Assembly (NCBI GenBank): GCA_030390025.1 | Contig: CM059432.1 | Span: forward strand, 129,210,001-129,274,000 | Direction: 5' to 3' | DNA from: Squalus acanthias | Taxonomy: Eukaryota | Length of the DNA stretch: 64,000 bases | Shown: positions 63,831 to 64,000 of the stretch, piece after piece | Position numbering within the stretch: the stretch's first letter is position 1 | Layout: each line of letters opens with the position of its first letter | Notes under the pieces: generated by a model | Told to the model about the DNA's origin: nothing | Database searches by the model: none | What the model saw: only the letters and a program-made list of their open reading frames with translations | Made by a program: the position numbers and the translations under genes

Positions 63831-64000
63831 TTATAAATGTTGAGTCCCCTGTAATCGAGCATCTTTGCCCGTGGTTTCATGCCGGGAGCTTTTGTGCGAG
63901 AAATTCCGAGAACCCAGAGGCCATCCGTGAGCAGGCGAAGAGAGGAAATCGAAAGTGGGGGTGTGATTCGCAGAGGTGGGGGGAAGTTCGATTCAATCAG

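Overview
This window is eukaryotic DNA, most likely from a cartilaginous fish (shark). That call is inferred from the repeat set: Deu-domain tRNA-SINEs, CR1 and L2 LINEs, and Penelope-like elements. I found no host protein-coding exon, so it looks intronic or intergenic and is mostly nested transposon debris. Main points: (1) Three intact minimal type-I hammerhead-ribozyme motifs from two Penelope-like families, plus one decayed motif. They show stem-I covariation and share an extra A in the catalytic core. (2) A fossil two-gene PIF/Harbinger transposon: a HARBI1-like DDE transposase on + and a Myb/SANT gene on -. It is accompanied by more than 15 Harbinger-type MITEs from at least 3 families, with 3-bp AWT/AWW target duplications. 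(3) A recent 4.13-kb tandem triplication (25296-37699) with a TGG microhomology junction. (4) A 120-bp insertion at a rearrangement junction, apparently templated from 8.3 kb away. (5) A LINE that carries a tRNA-like 5' head. Family assignments come from motif recognition by eye; no database searches were run.
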